Sequence record: NC_023557.1
Strand: one strand, 5' to 3'
DNA: 64,000 nucleotides
The notes under the pieces were generated by a model. The model saw only the letters and a list, made by a program, of their open reading frames with translations. It was not told the origin of the DNA and did no database searches. Below are positions 1 to 9,262 of this stretch, one piece after another; position 1 is the stretch's first letter, and every line of letters begins with the position of its first letter. The translations under genes were made by a program, and so were the position numbers.

Positions 1-1
1 G

Positions 2-289
2 TCTGCAGATCGTGGCTACCCTGATCTAAAGAAATACATCCGTCGTGCTGTACAGTACCGTTACAAGCGCACGGCAGTCATCAACATGAACACCGTCATC
101 GATGAGTCGATCGAGCACATGGTAGAGAAGTTCGGGGATGGCGGTTATGCCTGGGAGAGCTACCCGACGTATGCAGCAGTGATGCACGGTGATGCGATCC
201 AACAAGTGAAGCAACAACTGCGCAGTAAAGAAGGAAAGGCGCAACTCAAAGAGTACGCTGAACTCCACTTTGATGAGTGGGTAGAGTAA
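2..289 (+). CDS. hypothetical protein, 5'-truncated by window edge
   Basis: Frame of ORF 86..289 is open back to position 2; followed by a hairpin terminator. Confidence 0.7.
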   Translation, partial: SADRGYPDLKKYIRRAVQYRYKRTAVINMNTVIDESIEHMVEKFGDGGYAWESYPTYAAVMHGDAIQQVKQQLRSKEGKAQLKEYAELHFDEWVE

Positions 290-297
290 GCTACGTG

Positions 298-326
298 GCC
301 GGAGGTAATCCTCCGGCTGTTATGCC
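298..326 (+). terminator. hairpin + TTATGCC tail
   Basis: GCCGGAGG-taat-CCTCCGGC then TGTTATGCC. Confidence 0.65.
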
Positions 327-449
327 TGTTCTTTCTTCTTTGTAATTCCCAACACATTCGGTCTTTGTTATACAAAGGCTATAATCTTTGTCCCGAGCTA
401 AGGGTAACGTGAACAGTTATGCTGGCTTACTTTTTAAAGGTATCTTTTC

Positions 450-980
450 ATGGATGTTTTATTTAATCTCTCCTCATGGCAATCGCTTTTACTTGTGGTA
501 GTCGTACTCCTACTGTGGTTGTATTACCAACGACTTCAACACCTGCGTCGTAAGTATCATCGTCGTAATGAACGCATGATGGCGCAGAGCGTGGTCATGA
601 CATCCCGGCTGTTACTGAGTACCTTCTCGGAGATTGTGGAACGTGCTAAGGAAGAGGACATCTACCAGCGTGATCCTAACTCCCCGATTGCGGCAGACCG
701 GGCCAGTGCGATGGCCTGCTCCTCCATCTTCAGTGGGTTGTATAACCTGGTTGTGGTGCCCGTCACCACCCTTGATCCGGTGTTCAACGATTTATTGATT
801 ACCGGTACTGAGCGGGAAGATGTTGAGGAAGGGGTCTTTGTGTCGTTTTATTTGGGTGAACAGCGTAATGATGTGGTTAGGCATTTTATACCCGACCGGT
901 CGTTACAGGCCTTTATCACCCAAACGCGTGCCTTCAGTGCTTACCTGCGACAGGCTGCGAATACAAAACCACCACAATGA
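450..980 (+). CDS. N-terminally membrane-anchored protein, paralog family A
   Basis: Hydrophobic N-terminus then basic patch; C-terminal pattern shared with 989 and 5067. Confidence 0.75.
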   Translation: MDVLFNLSSWQSLLLVVVVLLLWLYYQRLQHLRRKYHRRNERMMAQSVVMTSRLLLSTFSEIVERAKEEDIYQRDPNSPIAADRASAMACSSIFSGLYNLVVVPVTTLDPVFNDLLITGTEREDVEEGVFVSFYLGEQRNDVVRHFIPDRSLQAFITQTRAFSAYLRQAANTKPPQ

Positions 981-988
981 GGTGACAC

Positions 989-1519
989 ATGACCAATTAT
1001 GGTTTTCTGCTGAACACAGTACTTCTGGCTTTTCTTATTTGGTTTGGTTACCGACTGCACACGTTGGTAAACAACAGCGAGAAAGCCACCCTCGCCGCTG
1101 ATCATAACGCCAAGCTGCGCTTCCTGACCTATGCAGCCCGGCAGATAATGAGTGACTTGTATACGTCGCTCAATCTTCCGACGCTCACCGGGTGTGCGAA
1201 GATGTATCTACGTGATGACGGCAAGCTTGATAATATTGAAGTCATTATGCGACTCTTCATGAAAACCCATAATGAGATTATTACCAAGCTCTCCGAGGGA
1301 TTGGTGTCGGATCATTTGAAGATCACCGATGTTAAAGTTACCCATGATCTGGTGACCAACGAAGTGCTCATCACACTCTTGTATCCGAATAAAGTCACTG
1401 ACATCCTGGTCTTCCATCATAACCACCTGGCGCAGGCGATCTACCAGCTGGATCGATTGCAGCATCGGCTCTCAACGTTCCACAAAGCGGTGCCGAACCG
1501 CGACCTGTACCAACTCTAA
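989..1519 (+). CDS. N-terminally membrane-anchored protein, paralog family A
   Basis: GAGG RBS, single TM, alignable by eye with 5067..5672. Confidence 0.8.
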   Translation: MTNYGFLLNTVLLAFLIWFGYRLHTLVNNSEKATLAADHNAKLRFLTYAARQIMSDLYTSLNLPTLTGCAKMYLRDDGKLDNIEVIMRLFMKTHNEIITKLSEGLVSDHLKITDVKVTHDLVTNEVLITLLYPNKVTDILVFHHNHLAQAIYQLDRLQHRLSTFHKAVPNRDLYQL

Positions 1520-1522
1520 ACC

Positions 1523-1551
1523 AAGGGAGGGCTTCGGCTCTCCCTTATGCC
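1523..1551 (+). terminator. hairpin + TTATGCC tail
   Basis: AAGGGAGGGC-ttcg-GCTCTCCCTT then ATGCC. Confidence 0.7.
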
Positions 1552-1639
1552 ACCCGTTCTTCTTTTTTGGTTATTACTATGAATTGCAAGATTCACCACG
1601 TAGTTCGTTTCACTTATTAACCCCTAAAGAGGAATAGTC

Positions 1640-3562
1640 ATGACAGATAGCACTACAGCGCAGAGCCCGACCGTGACGTTAGACCAAGTCATTGCGTCAG
1701 GCGGCCAGATTGTCTTCCTGGACAATGGGCAACTGAAAAGCTTTCCTGTCTCTCAGATCACTGACTTACTGAAAAGCGGCATGTCTACTGACGTGTTGGG
1801 TCAGGCTGATTCTCTGAGTATGTTTGGTCAGGTGGAGTCGTTCGAGGCTCTACGTAAGCTTAAGCCACAGAAAGAAGGTGCACGCATCTCTCTTCGTGGT
1901 TGGAACAAAGGCAGTTGTCTGGGTGGTGGTGAGTTCATTGGTCATCTCGTCACCAAAGATCTTAAAGCCCGCCCAGATGATGGCGGTATGATTGCAGCCG
2001 GTAGCGGGTTCTTCTGGGAACGTGTGTGCTCGGATTGTGGGCAAATGAATGTCACTCACTTCGGTGCGCTTCCTGGCGCAACTGCAGCGACTGATTGCGT
2101 GCCAGCAATGACCGCCATGCTGAACTGGAGTAATGCCAACGCTGTTGGTTTAGGAATTCAATTCCCAGCCGGTACTTTCTTCGCTTCCAGTTTAAAGTTC
2201 ACCAAAGAGATCGGGTATTTCCGTATCGCCGGTAACCACATCAACTTTGGTTATTTTGCTAACACGGTATTGGTGAGTGACGCTACTGAAAACTTTATGT
2301 TGGATGTTGCGGCCCGTCGGGTTGAGTTGGCAAACATCATCTTCCGCGGTGTGAGTACTACTGAGAAGCCGAATAAGAAAGGGATCTTTAATAACATCGT
2401 CATTGGTGGTCAGTACTTCAACATGACCTGTGTGCGGTTTGAGAAAATCGGCGGGACCTGTGTTAATCTGATCGATACTCTCGATACCAAGATGACACAA
2501 TGGTACGCGTCACAATGTACTGGTGATGTGATCGTTAACAAATGGTCCGATCGTCAGGCAGGTGGCTGGAACCATACCACTGCTGTTGAAATGACCAACT
2601 TTAACATCCAGAAGTGTGTTGGTGGTAAAGTGTTTGACATGCAGCGCTGCGCTCAGTCGTTTATCACTAATGGCTGGATCGAGCACTGTGATGATCCAGG
2701 CGACCTGTCTAATGGTCAATGGACGGTAAATGGCCTGAGTATCGAAGATTGTAAGAAACCATTAAAGGCCTCTTACGCTCGCTTTATTGAGATCCAGCGT
2801 AACCTGCAGTCCGGGTCACGGATCGACTACTCCATTGACCCAGAGCTCGAAGAGTGGCTGAGTGAATGGGAACGCGGTCGTCTGGATATCGCCAACCACG
2901 GCATCTTCATCGACGGTACCTTAGAGCCGGGTACGATCATGTCTCGCAACAAGCTGAGCAACAGCAGCGACAAAGCGAAATGGTTCCGGGTCGGTACCTG
3001 GTACAGCCCATCTGAAGGCGATTCCATTGACATCAACTTGGTCGGCACCGGTAACTTCCTGTCGGTCGCACCAAAGCTTGATGATATCGATGGTGTGCGT
3101 CAAGGTGGCGGTAACACCCTGATCCGTGTGCAGTTGAAGAAAGACTCCGTAGGTGCGACCTTAGAACCACATGGTTCAAGCCCCCTGCAAGCGGCGAAGA
3201 TTGCCAAAGTCGGTGCCGGTAAGTTTGTGATCTACGCCCAGCTGAAACCGTATACCCGTAATGTGATCCCGGTGATTGTTGCAACCGGCGCCACGCACTA
3301 CGAAGCCGGTGTCTCTTATTACTTCCGTCCGGCGATTGCCTCGATGAGTGATGAAGAGATCGCAGCAGTGCCGGATGCGGTGGTGATTGCTGAACAGTGG
3401 TCGCTCGGTCAAATGGCCGGTGTGGGCGCCACTAACGAAGGTAACCTGATGCTGAAGAGTAAGATCGTTAACGATCACTTGCAGGTACAGGTCATGGTTA
3501 GCCAAGCACAATGGGCGAAACCAGAACTTCGTTATATCGAGCTGAAGAAAGAAGCCAAGTAA
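1640..3562 (+). CDS. exopolysaccharide depolymerase / tailspike (amylovoran depolymerase, AmsF-like beta-helix)
   Basis: 640 aa; tailspike-type N-terminal motif RISLRGW..GGGEF..DDGG, beta-helix-like central region; resembles Erwinia phage EPS depolymerases; GAGG RBS. Confidence 0.75.
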   Translation: MTDSTTAQSPTVTLDQVIASGGQIVFLDNGQLKSFPVSQITDLLKSGMSTDVLGQADSLSMFGQVESFEALRKLKPQKEGARISLRGWNKGSCLGGGEFIGHLVTKDLKARPDDGGMIAAGSGFFWERVCSDCGQMNVTHFGALPGATAATDCVPAMTAMLNWSNANAVGLGIQFPAGTFFASSLKFTKEIGYFRIAGNHINFGYFANTVLVSDATENFMLDVAARRVELANIIFRGVSTTEKPNKKGIFNNIVIGGQYFNMTCVRFEKIGGTCVNLIDTLDTKMTQWYASQCTGDVIVNKWSDRQAGGWNHTTAVEMTNFNIQKCVGGKVFDMQRCAQSFITNGWIEHCDDPGDLSNGQWTVNGLSIEDCKKPLKASYARFIEIQRNLQSGSRIDYSIDPELEEWLSEWERGRLDIANHGIFIDGTLEPGTIMSRNKLSNSSDKAKWFRVGTWYSPSEGDSIDINLVGTGNFLSVAPKLDDIDGVRQGGGNTLIRVQLKKDSVGATLEPHGSSPLQAAKIAKVGAGKFVIYAQLKPYTRNVIPVIVATGATHYEAGVSYYFRPAIASMSDEEIAAVPDAVVIAEQWSLGQMAGVGATNEGNLMLKSKIVNDHLQVQVMVSQAQWAKPELRYIELKKEAK

Positions 3563-3586
3563 GGCAAGCGCGTTATACCGCTAACT

Positions 3587-3616
3587 GGAGGAGGGGATTC
3601 CCCTCCTCTTTATGCC
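3587..3616 (+). terminator. hairpin + TTTATGCC tail
   Basis: GAGGAGGGG-att-CCCCTCCTC then TTTATGCC after depolymerase. Confidence 0.7.
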
Positions 3617-3633
3617 GCCCTAGATTTTACCAG

Positions 3634-3652
3634 ACCTATATTACCCTTGTGA
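3634..3652 (+). promoter_or_regulatory. putative phage early promoter
   Basis: ACCTATATTAC-cctt-GTGA; one of 9 intergenic copies; contains the phiKZ early TATTAC core. Confidence 0.65.
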
Positions 3653-3735
3653 TCTCTGTAGAAATAAACGGAGTCGCCCAGTCTTATATCCCGCTGACCA
3701 AACCGAGTGTCGGCTAAACAAAAAGAGGAAATACC

Positions 3736-4437
3736 ATGACTACCCGTAAGATTGCTCGCTTAGACAAACTCGCTAAATTTGTAAACGACAATTTTGATCG
3801 TGATTACAACCTGCCATTTGCGATCGAGATCGAACAGCATGAAGATAAGTGGCACGGTGTTCGATACAGCCTCAACCTGACTCAGCCAGAGTGTGACGGT
3901 AGTCCTGTAAAAACGTTATTCCGTTCGAAGATGTTACCGGCTGAATTCGTTGGTGATCGGTTTACACGGCTAGAAGGCAGTGTGGCCGGAATGGCATCTG
4001 GGATTGAACTCCTGGGACAAGTTGCCTGGTACTGGATGTTATCAGGGGTAAACGGCAGTGATCGCGAATTGGGTGTGCAGGTAGCGTCGATGGCCTGGGA
4101 TGCCTGGACACTGGCAACCGCCATATTTGATGGCTCTAAAGCCCGTGATCTCTTCGAGCGTGACGATTTCCTTTGCCCTGGCGTAACACTGAATCAGCAC
4201 GTCCTGTGCGAAAAGTTTGTCAGCATTGACCGCGAAGTATGGCTAAAGCGTCGCACTAAACTGCTCGATAATGCGGTGGTTATTGAAAGTCGTTGGACCT
4301 TCGTAAAACAATATATCGGGGCAGGTGGTCTGGGTCATGAAGAGAAACACACTGTCGCCGAGGTCACCAAACGCAGGCAAGTACCCGCGCCTTTTGAAAT
4401 TATCTTTAAGGCCAAATCGTCTCCTTTTAATCCATGA
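3736..4437 (+). CDS. hypothetical protein
   Basis: 233 aa, GAGG RBS, downstream of early motif. Confidence 0.75.
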   Translation: MTTRKIARLDKLAKFVNDNFDRDYNLPFAIEIEQHEDKWHGVRYSLNLTQPECDGSPVKTLFRSKMLPAEFVGDRFTRLEGSVAGMASGIELLGQVAWYWMLSGVNGSDRELGVQVASMAWDAWTLATAIFDGSKARDLFERDDFLCPGVTLNQHVLCEKFVSIDREVWLKRRTKLLDNAVVIESRWTFVKQYIGAGGLGHEEKHTVAEVTKRRQVPAPFEIIFKAKSSPFNP

Positions 4438-4498
4438 GAATGAGGAGGGGGTTTCGACCTCCTCCATTATTGCTATTTTAAGTTGCAGAAAATCTAAC

Positions 4499-4517
4499 GC
4501 CTACATTACTAATGGGA
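4499..4517 (+). promoter_or_regulatory. putative phage early promoter
   Basis: GCCTACATTAC-taat-GGGA. Confidence 0.6.
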
Positions 4518-4554
4518 TAGGCCTGATCAACAATTCTAATTAAGGGAATTTGTA

Positions 4555-5025
4555 ATGAGTGAAATAACGTTTAAAGACGCGCGGTATTACGACCTGATTA
4601 CCAAAGAACAATTGCAACCTGGACACACCATCCTACTGAGCCTCAAAGGTCAACCAGCGGGTGTCATGACCCCAGCAGTACAGTGGGCTAAAGACAACCT
4701 GGAAAACACGGTCGTGGTGTACGGCACGGTTGACGATCTGCAATCAATCCGTAAAGAGATCAGTACTTGCGATCAACCGGTAGCTGTGGTCCTTACCGGC
4801 GGCTATCACGCAACGTATGAACTTACTCACTGGGCACGGGAAAACAACGTAGTGGTGTTCCTGGCTTCAGATACCAATGCACCGCGTCCACGTTATGCAG
4901 TGCTGCTCGGTACCTGTCTGATCCAGCTGACTTATGATCATACGGGTCGAGTGAGTTCTGCTACCGCCATTCGTAATCAAGCAACCGCATCAGGCTGGGT
5001 GATCGACTTCACCGCTGACGCATAA
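4555..5025 (+). CDS. hypothetical protein, possible degenerate DnaB/RecA-fold
   Basis: WARENNVVVFLASDTN resembles DnaB LAKELNVPVIALSQLN; no Walker A. Confidence 0.5.
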   Translation: MSEITFKDARYYDLITKEQLQPGHTILLSLKGQPAGVMTPAVQWAKDNLENTVVVYGTVDDLQSIRKEISTCDQPVAVVLTGGYHATYELTHWARENNVVVFLASDTNAPRPRYAVLLGTCLIQLTYDHTGRVSSATAIRNQATASGWVIDFTADA

Positions 5026-5066
5026 TCCTTTATTCATCTTAAATTAATTTAACCTGAGGTAATATC

Positions 5067-5672
5067 ATGCAACTTCATCAATACGTCGCCCTCTTACTCG
5101 GTGTGGGTTTAATCACGATCATTCTCGTTATGCTGGTCGGTTGGCTCGTGCTTGAAAACCAACGCAAATACGCTGCATTCCAACGGGTGCGTTACGAAAA
5201 CATGCTGCGCTATCGCCTGACCGATTTCAGTAACCAGGTGACGGCAGATCTCTCCGCCATGTTCTTGCGCTACTTGCTGTCTCCGCGGGTTGGTAGTACT
5301 GAGCGGGTGAGTGTCGAAGCCATTGCCGGGACGGTTCAGGGAATGTTGCAAGCGATCGTCGCTCACCACAACCACGAGTTTAAAAGCTCAGAGGTCGGTG
5401 ATACGTTACTGGGTCTGTTGATTAAAGAGGTCTCTTATGAAACACAGAGCGACCGGATCATCTTTACCTTGACACGTCCAGGCACCACGAACCTCACTTA
5501 TACCCTGACACATCCCGAAGCGTACGGTTCGATGCTCTGCTGTGAGCTGGAAGACTATCGCATGCGTCTGCGTGACCGCGCAACCCTGCAGATCAAGCGT
5601 GAGTTCGATCAGGTACCGCAAACGTATAAAGCCGCCTTCCCTAACTCGGAGCGGATTAACACAACCGCGTAA
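5067..5672 (+). CDS. N-terminally membrane-anchored protein, paralog family A
   Basis: GAGGT RBS, single TM, similar to 989..1519. Confidence 0.8.
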   Translation: MQLHQYVALLLGVGLITIILVMLVGWLVLENQRKYAAFQRVRYENMLRYRLTDFSNQVTADLSAMFLRYLLSPRVGSTERVSVEAIAGTVQGMLQAIVAHHNHEFKSSEVGDTLLGLLIKEVSYETQSDRIIFTLTRPGTTNLTYTLTHPEAYGSMLCCELEDYRMRLRDRATLQIKREFDQVPQTYKAAFPNSERINTTA

Positions 5673-5676
5673 TAAA

Positions 5677-5705
5677 TGGGAGGCCTTGCCTCCCTTTATT
5701 TTTTG
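5677..5705 (+). terminator. intrinsic terminator
   Basis: GGGAGG-cctt-gCCTCCC followed by T-tract. Confidence 0.65.
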
Positions 5706-5771
5706 TCATTGTAGTAAATGTGTACAACTTAACTAAATCATTTAGTAAACGTAAAAAGGAAAGTCAGCATC

Positions 5772-6068
5772 ATGTCAAACGAAGCCATTCTGAAAGCCCT
5801 GGAAACCATTGCCACTACGTACCCAAAAGTTGAGGTGGTGTCGATTGGTGGGATTATCGCCTGCTTCGGCACGATGAAAGATGGAAAGGTAGAAACCACG
5901 GTGTTTGGCAATCTGCCCGAGTTCACTGTCGCCAATGTGAAGAAGCTTTACAACGCGAAGTGGTCACAACGTCAATTGGGTTATATGTACGGCACATCAC
6001 AGGCCCAGATCGCTAACTTCATGAAGAACCGTGAGGTTAACGTTCCCAATACGGTAAAAGGTTATTAG
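5772..6068 (+). CDS. small protein with C-terminal helix-turn-helix
   Basis: WSQRQLGYMYGTSQAQIANFM fits an HTH pattern. Confidence 0.55.
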   Translation: MSNEAILKALETIATTYPKVEVVSIGGIIACFGTMKDGKVETTVFGNLPEFTVANVKKLYNAKWSQRQLGYMYGTSQAQIANFMKNREVNVPNTVKGY

Positions 6069-6069
6069 C

Positions 6070-6360
6070 ATGAAATGGTACGAACGACTGGTCGAGAGCA
6101 CGGTGTTGCGGTTTATGGCAACCTTCCTCTTAGCCTGCTTGTGGTCCCTGCTCCTCTTAAGCCAATGCTCGTTAGCGCTCGATCTTACCTTAAGTGTGAT
6201 CTCTCTGGTGATCGTGTATAACCTGCGGGATTTCTTAAAGGACCTGCACCACGGTGTTTCAACCCGTCATGACTTCGCAGGCTGGTTTGTGCTGAACGCT
6301 GCTGGTATGGCATTGCTCTCGGCAATCATTAACGCCCTGTTCATCTTACATAGACTCTAG
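6070..6360 (+). CDS. small multi-pass membrane protein
   Basis: Three hydrophobic segments in 96 aa. Confidence 0.7.
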   Translation: MKWYERLVESTVLRFMATFLLACLWSLLLLSQCSLALDLTLSVISLVIVYNLRDFLKDLHHGVSTRHDFAGWFVLNAAGMALLSAIINALFILHRL

Positions 6361-6368
6361 GAGCTCTC

Positions 6369-6950
6369 ATGTCAAAGAAACTCGATACCCGTAAAAGTAT
6401 GTTCCTGGCCTTGGTGTTACGCCACCGTCCTGAGGAGATCGGAATTACCCTGGATGAGAACGGCTGGGCTAAAGTCAGCGAAGTGATCACCGGGTTTACC
6501 TTTACCGGGCGTGGACTCTCATTACCTGAACTTGAGATCATCGTTGAGACAGATGAGAAGAAGCGTTACCAGCTCTCTGACGACAAGTGCTATATCCGGG
6601 CCGTGCAGGGGCATTCTCACGAGAGCGTGATGAACATGCAGCTGGAAGTGGCGACACCGCCAAAGTACTTGTATCACGGTACCCAACAGATCTCCTGTGA
6701 ATCGATCGAGCGACAAGGGATCTTGCGCCTTAAACGTTTATATGTCCACCTAACGGATGACATCGAAGCGGCTTGGCGCGCAGCAACTCGTAAACGAACA
6801 GCCGGTGCAGTCTACCGAATCGACACCGAGAAGATGACGCGGATGGGCCATGTGTTCTATCGCGCTGAGAACGGGGTCTGGCTGGCGAAGCGCATTCCTT
6901 TCTCAGTCATTGAGATGGTTGATGCACATGACGAAGAAACAAGTACCTGA
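6369..6950 (+). CDS. kptA: RNA 2'-phosphotransferase (Tpt1/KptA family)
   Basis: LRHRPEEIG.LDENGW, KKRY, IRAVQGHS, LYHGT, VHL and ENGVWL motifs. Confidence 0.92.
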   Translation: MSKKLDTRKSMFLALVLRHRPEEIGITLDENGWAKVSEVITGFTFTGRGLSLPELEIIVETDEKKRYQLSDDKCYIRAVQGHSHESVMNMQLEVATPPKYLYHGTQQISCESIERQGILRLKRLYVHLTDDIEAAWRAATRKRTAGAVYRIDTEKMTRMGHVFYRAENGVWLAKRIPFSVIEMVDAHDEETST

Positions 6951-7212
6951 GTGGTGGAACAGCATCTTGTTACCGGTTGGTTTCATGATGATCTGGGCAG
7001 GGTATGTAATAGGTGGGCAGTTCCTCAGTTTCTGGGGGTGTATCTGTGTCACGTTGATTTGTGGTGGGGTTTCGTACCAGCACTGCATGCGCTCAACCAA
7101 GTATCGCAAAAATTCCGTAAGCTGGTTTATCTGTTGGAATGCTTACGGTATCATCGCGTGTTTGGGTATTGGGTTTATGGTAGCAGCAATTTATCTAGGC
7201 GGAGTCAAATAA
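6928..7212 (+). CDS. small multi-pass membrane protein
   Basis: Start MTKKQ.. overlaps kptA end; three hydrophobic segments. Confidence 0.65.
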   Translation: MTKKQVPEWWNSILLPVGFMMIWAGYVIGGQFLSFWGCICVTLICGGVSYQHCMRSTKYRKNSVSWFICWNAYGIIACLGIGFMVAAIYLGGVK

Positions 7213-7485
7213 GTGAAAAGTAAAACAGGCAGTAAGTTAACACGCACGTTGTTGTTTTGTTTTGGTGCTTACATCACGGGGATGTTTGCCTTGATGATGA
7301 TCCTGTCATCACAAAGCACTGCGGACATCACTGCAGGGAACTATGACAAAATGAGCGTGGATGACTCGCCTGAGTTTATTTTAACAGATCGCAGTAATGG
7401 ATGTAGATACGTCTATGACTCGGTTACCAAAACAGCCCACACTGCCACAGGCTTCGATTACTGTCTGTCGCTAAGGAAAGAATAA
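7213..7485 (+). CDS. small membrane-anchored protein
   Basis: GTG start after GGAG, N-terminal TM, two Cys. Confidence 0.6.
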   Translation: MKSKTGSKLTRTLLFCFGAYITGMFALMMILSSQSTADITAGNYDKMSVDDSPEFILTDRSNGCRYVYDSVTKTAHTATGFDYCLSLRKE

Positions 7486-7557
7486 TGGTTCGTGCTTATC
7501 GACACTCTGAGCTGCTACGATGGCCGCATCCCGCGGCCTGCACTCGGAGTTCGTTCT

Positions 7558-7785
7558 ATGTCTATTGCAGTCAACCGTCACCACGCTAAACGTTTAAAGG
7601 CCAAACGTAAACACTACTGGAACGTCGGCGGGAAACGCCAGAACAACAAGGCGGTGGGAATTATCTTCCATACCCCGTGTAAATGCAGCTGTACCATGTG
7701 CGGTAACCAACGCAAGCATTGGGGACGTCCGATCCAGGAAGTGAAACAAGCGGCCCGTTTTAGTGATACGGTCACTGACATTTAA
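7558..7785 (+). CDS. small basic protein with CxCSCxxC putative Zn site
   Basis: GGAG RBS 8 nt upstream of ATG 7558; TPCKCSCTMCGN motif. Confidence 0.7.
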   Translation: MSIAVNRHHAKRLKAKRKHYWNVGGKRQNNKAVGIIFHTPCKCSCTMCGNQRKHWGRPIQEVKQAARFSDTVTDI

Positions 7786-7833
7786 CCATGCAAGGGGAGT
7801 TGTTGGCTCCCCTTCTTTATTTGAGGAATCCGC

Positions 7834-8199
7834 ATGAAACGCGGCTACCCATCAGGCCAGCCGATTGAAGTCGAAGTCGGTGGAGTCATGTACCAATTTA
7901 ACCCCCTTGAAAACATGCTGGCTGATCTGTGTGCCAATAAGTTGATCATCGTGTGTTGCAGTAATAAGAAGCGCGCCATTACCGATATCTGGATGTGTGA
8001 TAGCGAGATCGACTACTCGACGCAGTCACGCATGGAACACATCCTGGTGAGCGATCGTTGCAAACAGTTCACCAAAGACTACGCCTTAACGCGAGTGGTG
8101 GATGTTGATAGCCGGTCATTGACGATTGCCGGCCCAGATAAAAAGATGCTGTCGATGGTGATTATGGGGGATACCCTCTACGCCGTTAAACCAAGCTAA
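7834..8199 (+). CDS. hypothetical protein
   Basis: GAGG RBS, 121 aa. Confidence 0.7.
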   Translation: MKRGYPSGQPIEVEVGGVMYQFNPLENMLADLCANKLIIVCCSNKKRAITDIWMCDSEIDYSTQSRMEHILVSDRCKQFTKDYALTRVVDVDSRSLTIAGPDKKMLSMVIMGDTLYAVKPS

Positions 8200-8219
8200 C
8201 AGAACAGAGGGCTAACCAA

Positions 8220-8342
8220 ATGACTTTATTAAAGATCGCAGCTGGCGCATTGTTCCTGGGTTGGATCATTACTGGAGGCATCACCACCATCGATGCGTAC
8301 CTTTCCCCTGAACCTACCGAAGGGAAGTCTATCCACTTCTAA
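8220..8342 (+). CDS. 40-aa membrane peptide (not in ORF track)
   Basis: MTLLKIAAGALFLGWIITGGITTIDAYLSPEPTEGKSIHF; GAGG upstream; fills the gap between genes. Confidence 0.6.
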   Translation: MTLLKIAAGALFLGWIITGGITTIDAYLSPEPTEGKSIHF

Positions 8343-8364
8343 CCGGTGCCATGAGGTCTGTTTG

Positions 8365-8853
8365 ATGAAAAATGATTTAAGCAGTTTCATGAAAAATACC
8401 ATCAGTACTTTAACCATAGTGCCAATGCGTATTGGTGGTAGCTTTTGTGCTTTCCTCTCTGCTGAACACCATGCGGAAGCGATGGCAAATGATGCCGGTG
8501 GTAAACACAGTGACCATGATAACCTGGTGAACGGCCTCTTCAATACAGATTGGTTTCCAGTTGGATTTGGTGATACTGTTAAAGAAGCTATTGCGGATCT
8601 TGATGAGCGCGTCACTAACTTCACCAACGACCCTGACGATGAAAATGGTATTATTTACAAATACCTTTTCGACATGCTCGTCTGTCGAGCTTATCGGGAA
8701 ACAGGAACAGGTCATTATACTCTACAACCTGGTTTCTTTCCAAACGCCATTCCTGAATGGCTTAAGTCATTTAGTAAGATTAGTGAAGATCTTATCGACG
8801 CTTATGTTGAACATGTTCCAATTAAAATGGACTCGGGCTGGACCCCTCTATGA
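8365..8853 (+). CDS. hypothetical phage protein
   Basis: GAGGT RBS supports start at 8365. Confidence 0.7.
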   Translation: MKNDLSSFMKNTISTLTIVPMRIGGSFCAFLSAEHHAEAMANDAGGKHSDHDNLVNGLFNTDWFPVGFGDTVKEAIADLDERVTNFTNDPDDENGIIYKYLFDMLVCRAYRETGTGHYTLQPGFFPNAIPEWLKSFSKISEDLIDAYVEHVPIKMDSGWTPL

Positions 8854-8951
8854 ACAATGTTTGGCTTTTAGTAATGGCCCTTATTTATACAACAGGGCTT
8901 ATTGCCGCATGTGTGGTTGCACGCATGGCAGTCTTTCATCATGTGATTTAA
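8850..8951 (+). CDS. 33-aa hydrophobic peptide (not in ORF track)
   Basis: ATGA overlap with previous stop; MNNVWLLVMALIYTTGLIAACVVARMAVFHHVI. Confidence 0.55.
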   Translation: MNNVWLLVMALIYTTGLIAACVVARMAVFHHVI

Positions 8952-8960
8952 GGGGTCATT

Positions 8961-9239
8961 ATGAGTAAAGGTACTTTGAAAGGCCTTGGTGTGGTCCTGG
9001 CGTGTCTTGTGATCGGCGTGTTGTTGTTTGTTTTTGCAACCGCTGTTCAAGCTGCTGATACACCGGTTAACCCCCACTGCGTCGCTATCACCAATGACAG
9101 TACAATTACCACCCAGTGCGACGACGGTACCGTGGTCATTACCAACACCGCAACCTCGACGGTGATGGTGTGTCATGTAAGTAAAGAAACAAAAGGTCTT
9201 CCGCAATGCGTGAAAGACCGGGTTGTCATTTCTAATTAA
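8961..9239 (+). CDS. small exported protein, Cys-containing
   Basis: Signal-peptide-like N-terminus (AVQA) and four Cys in the mature part. Confidence 0.65.
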   Translation: MSKGTLKGLGVVLACLVIGVLLFVFATAVQAADTPVNPHCVAITNDSTITTQCDDGTVVITNTATSTVMVCHVSKETKGLPQCVKDRVVISN

Positions 9240-9262
9240 CGTTATTCTTCGGAGCTACACAC

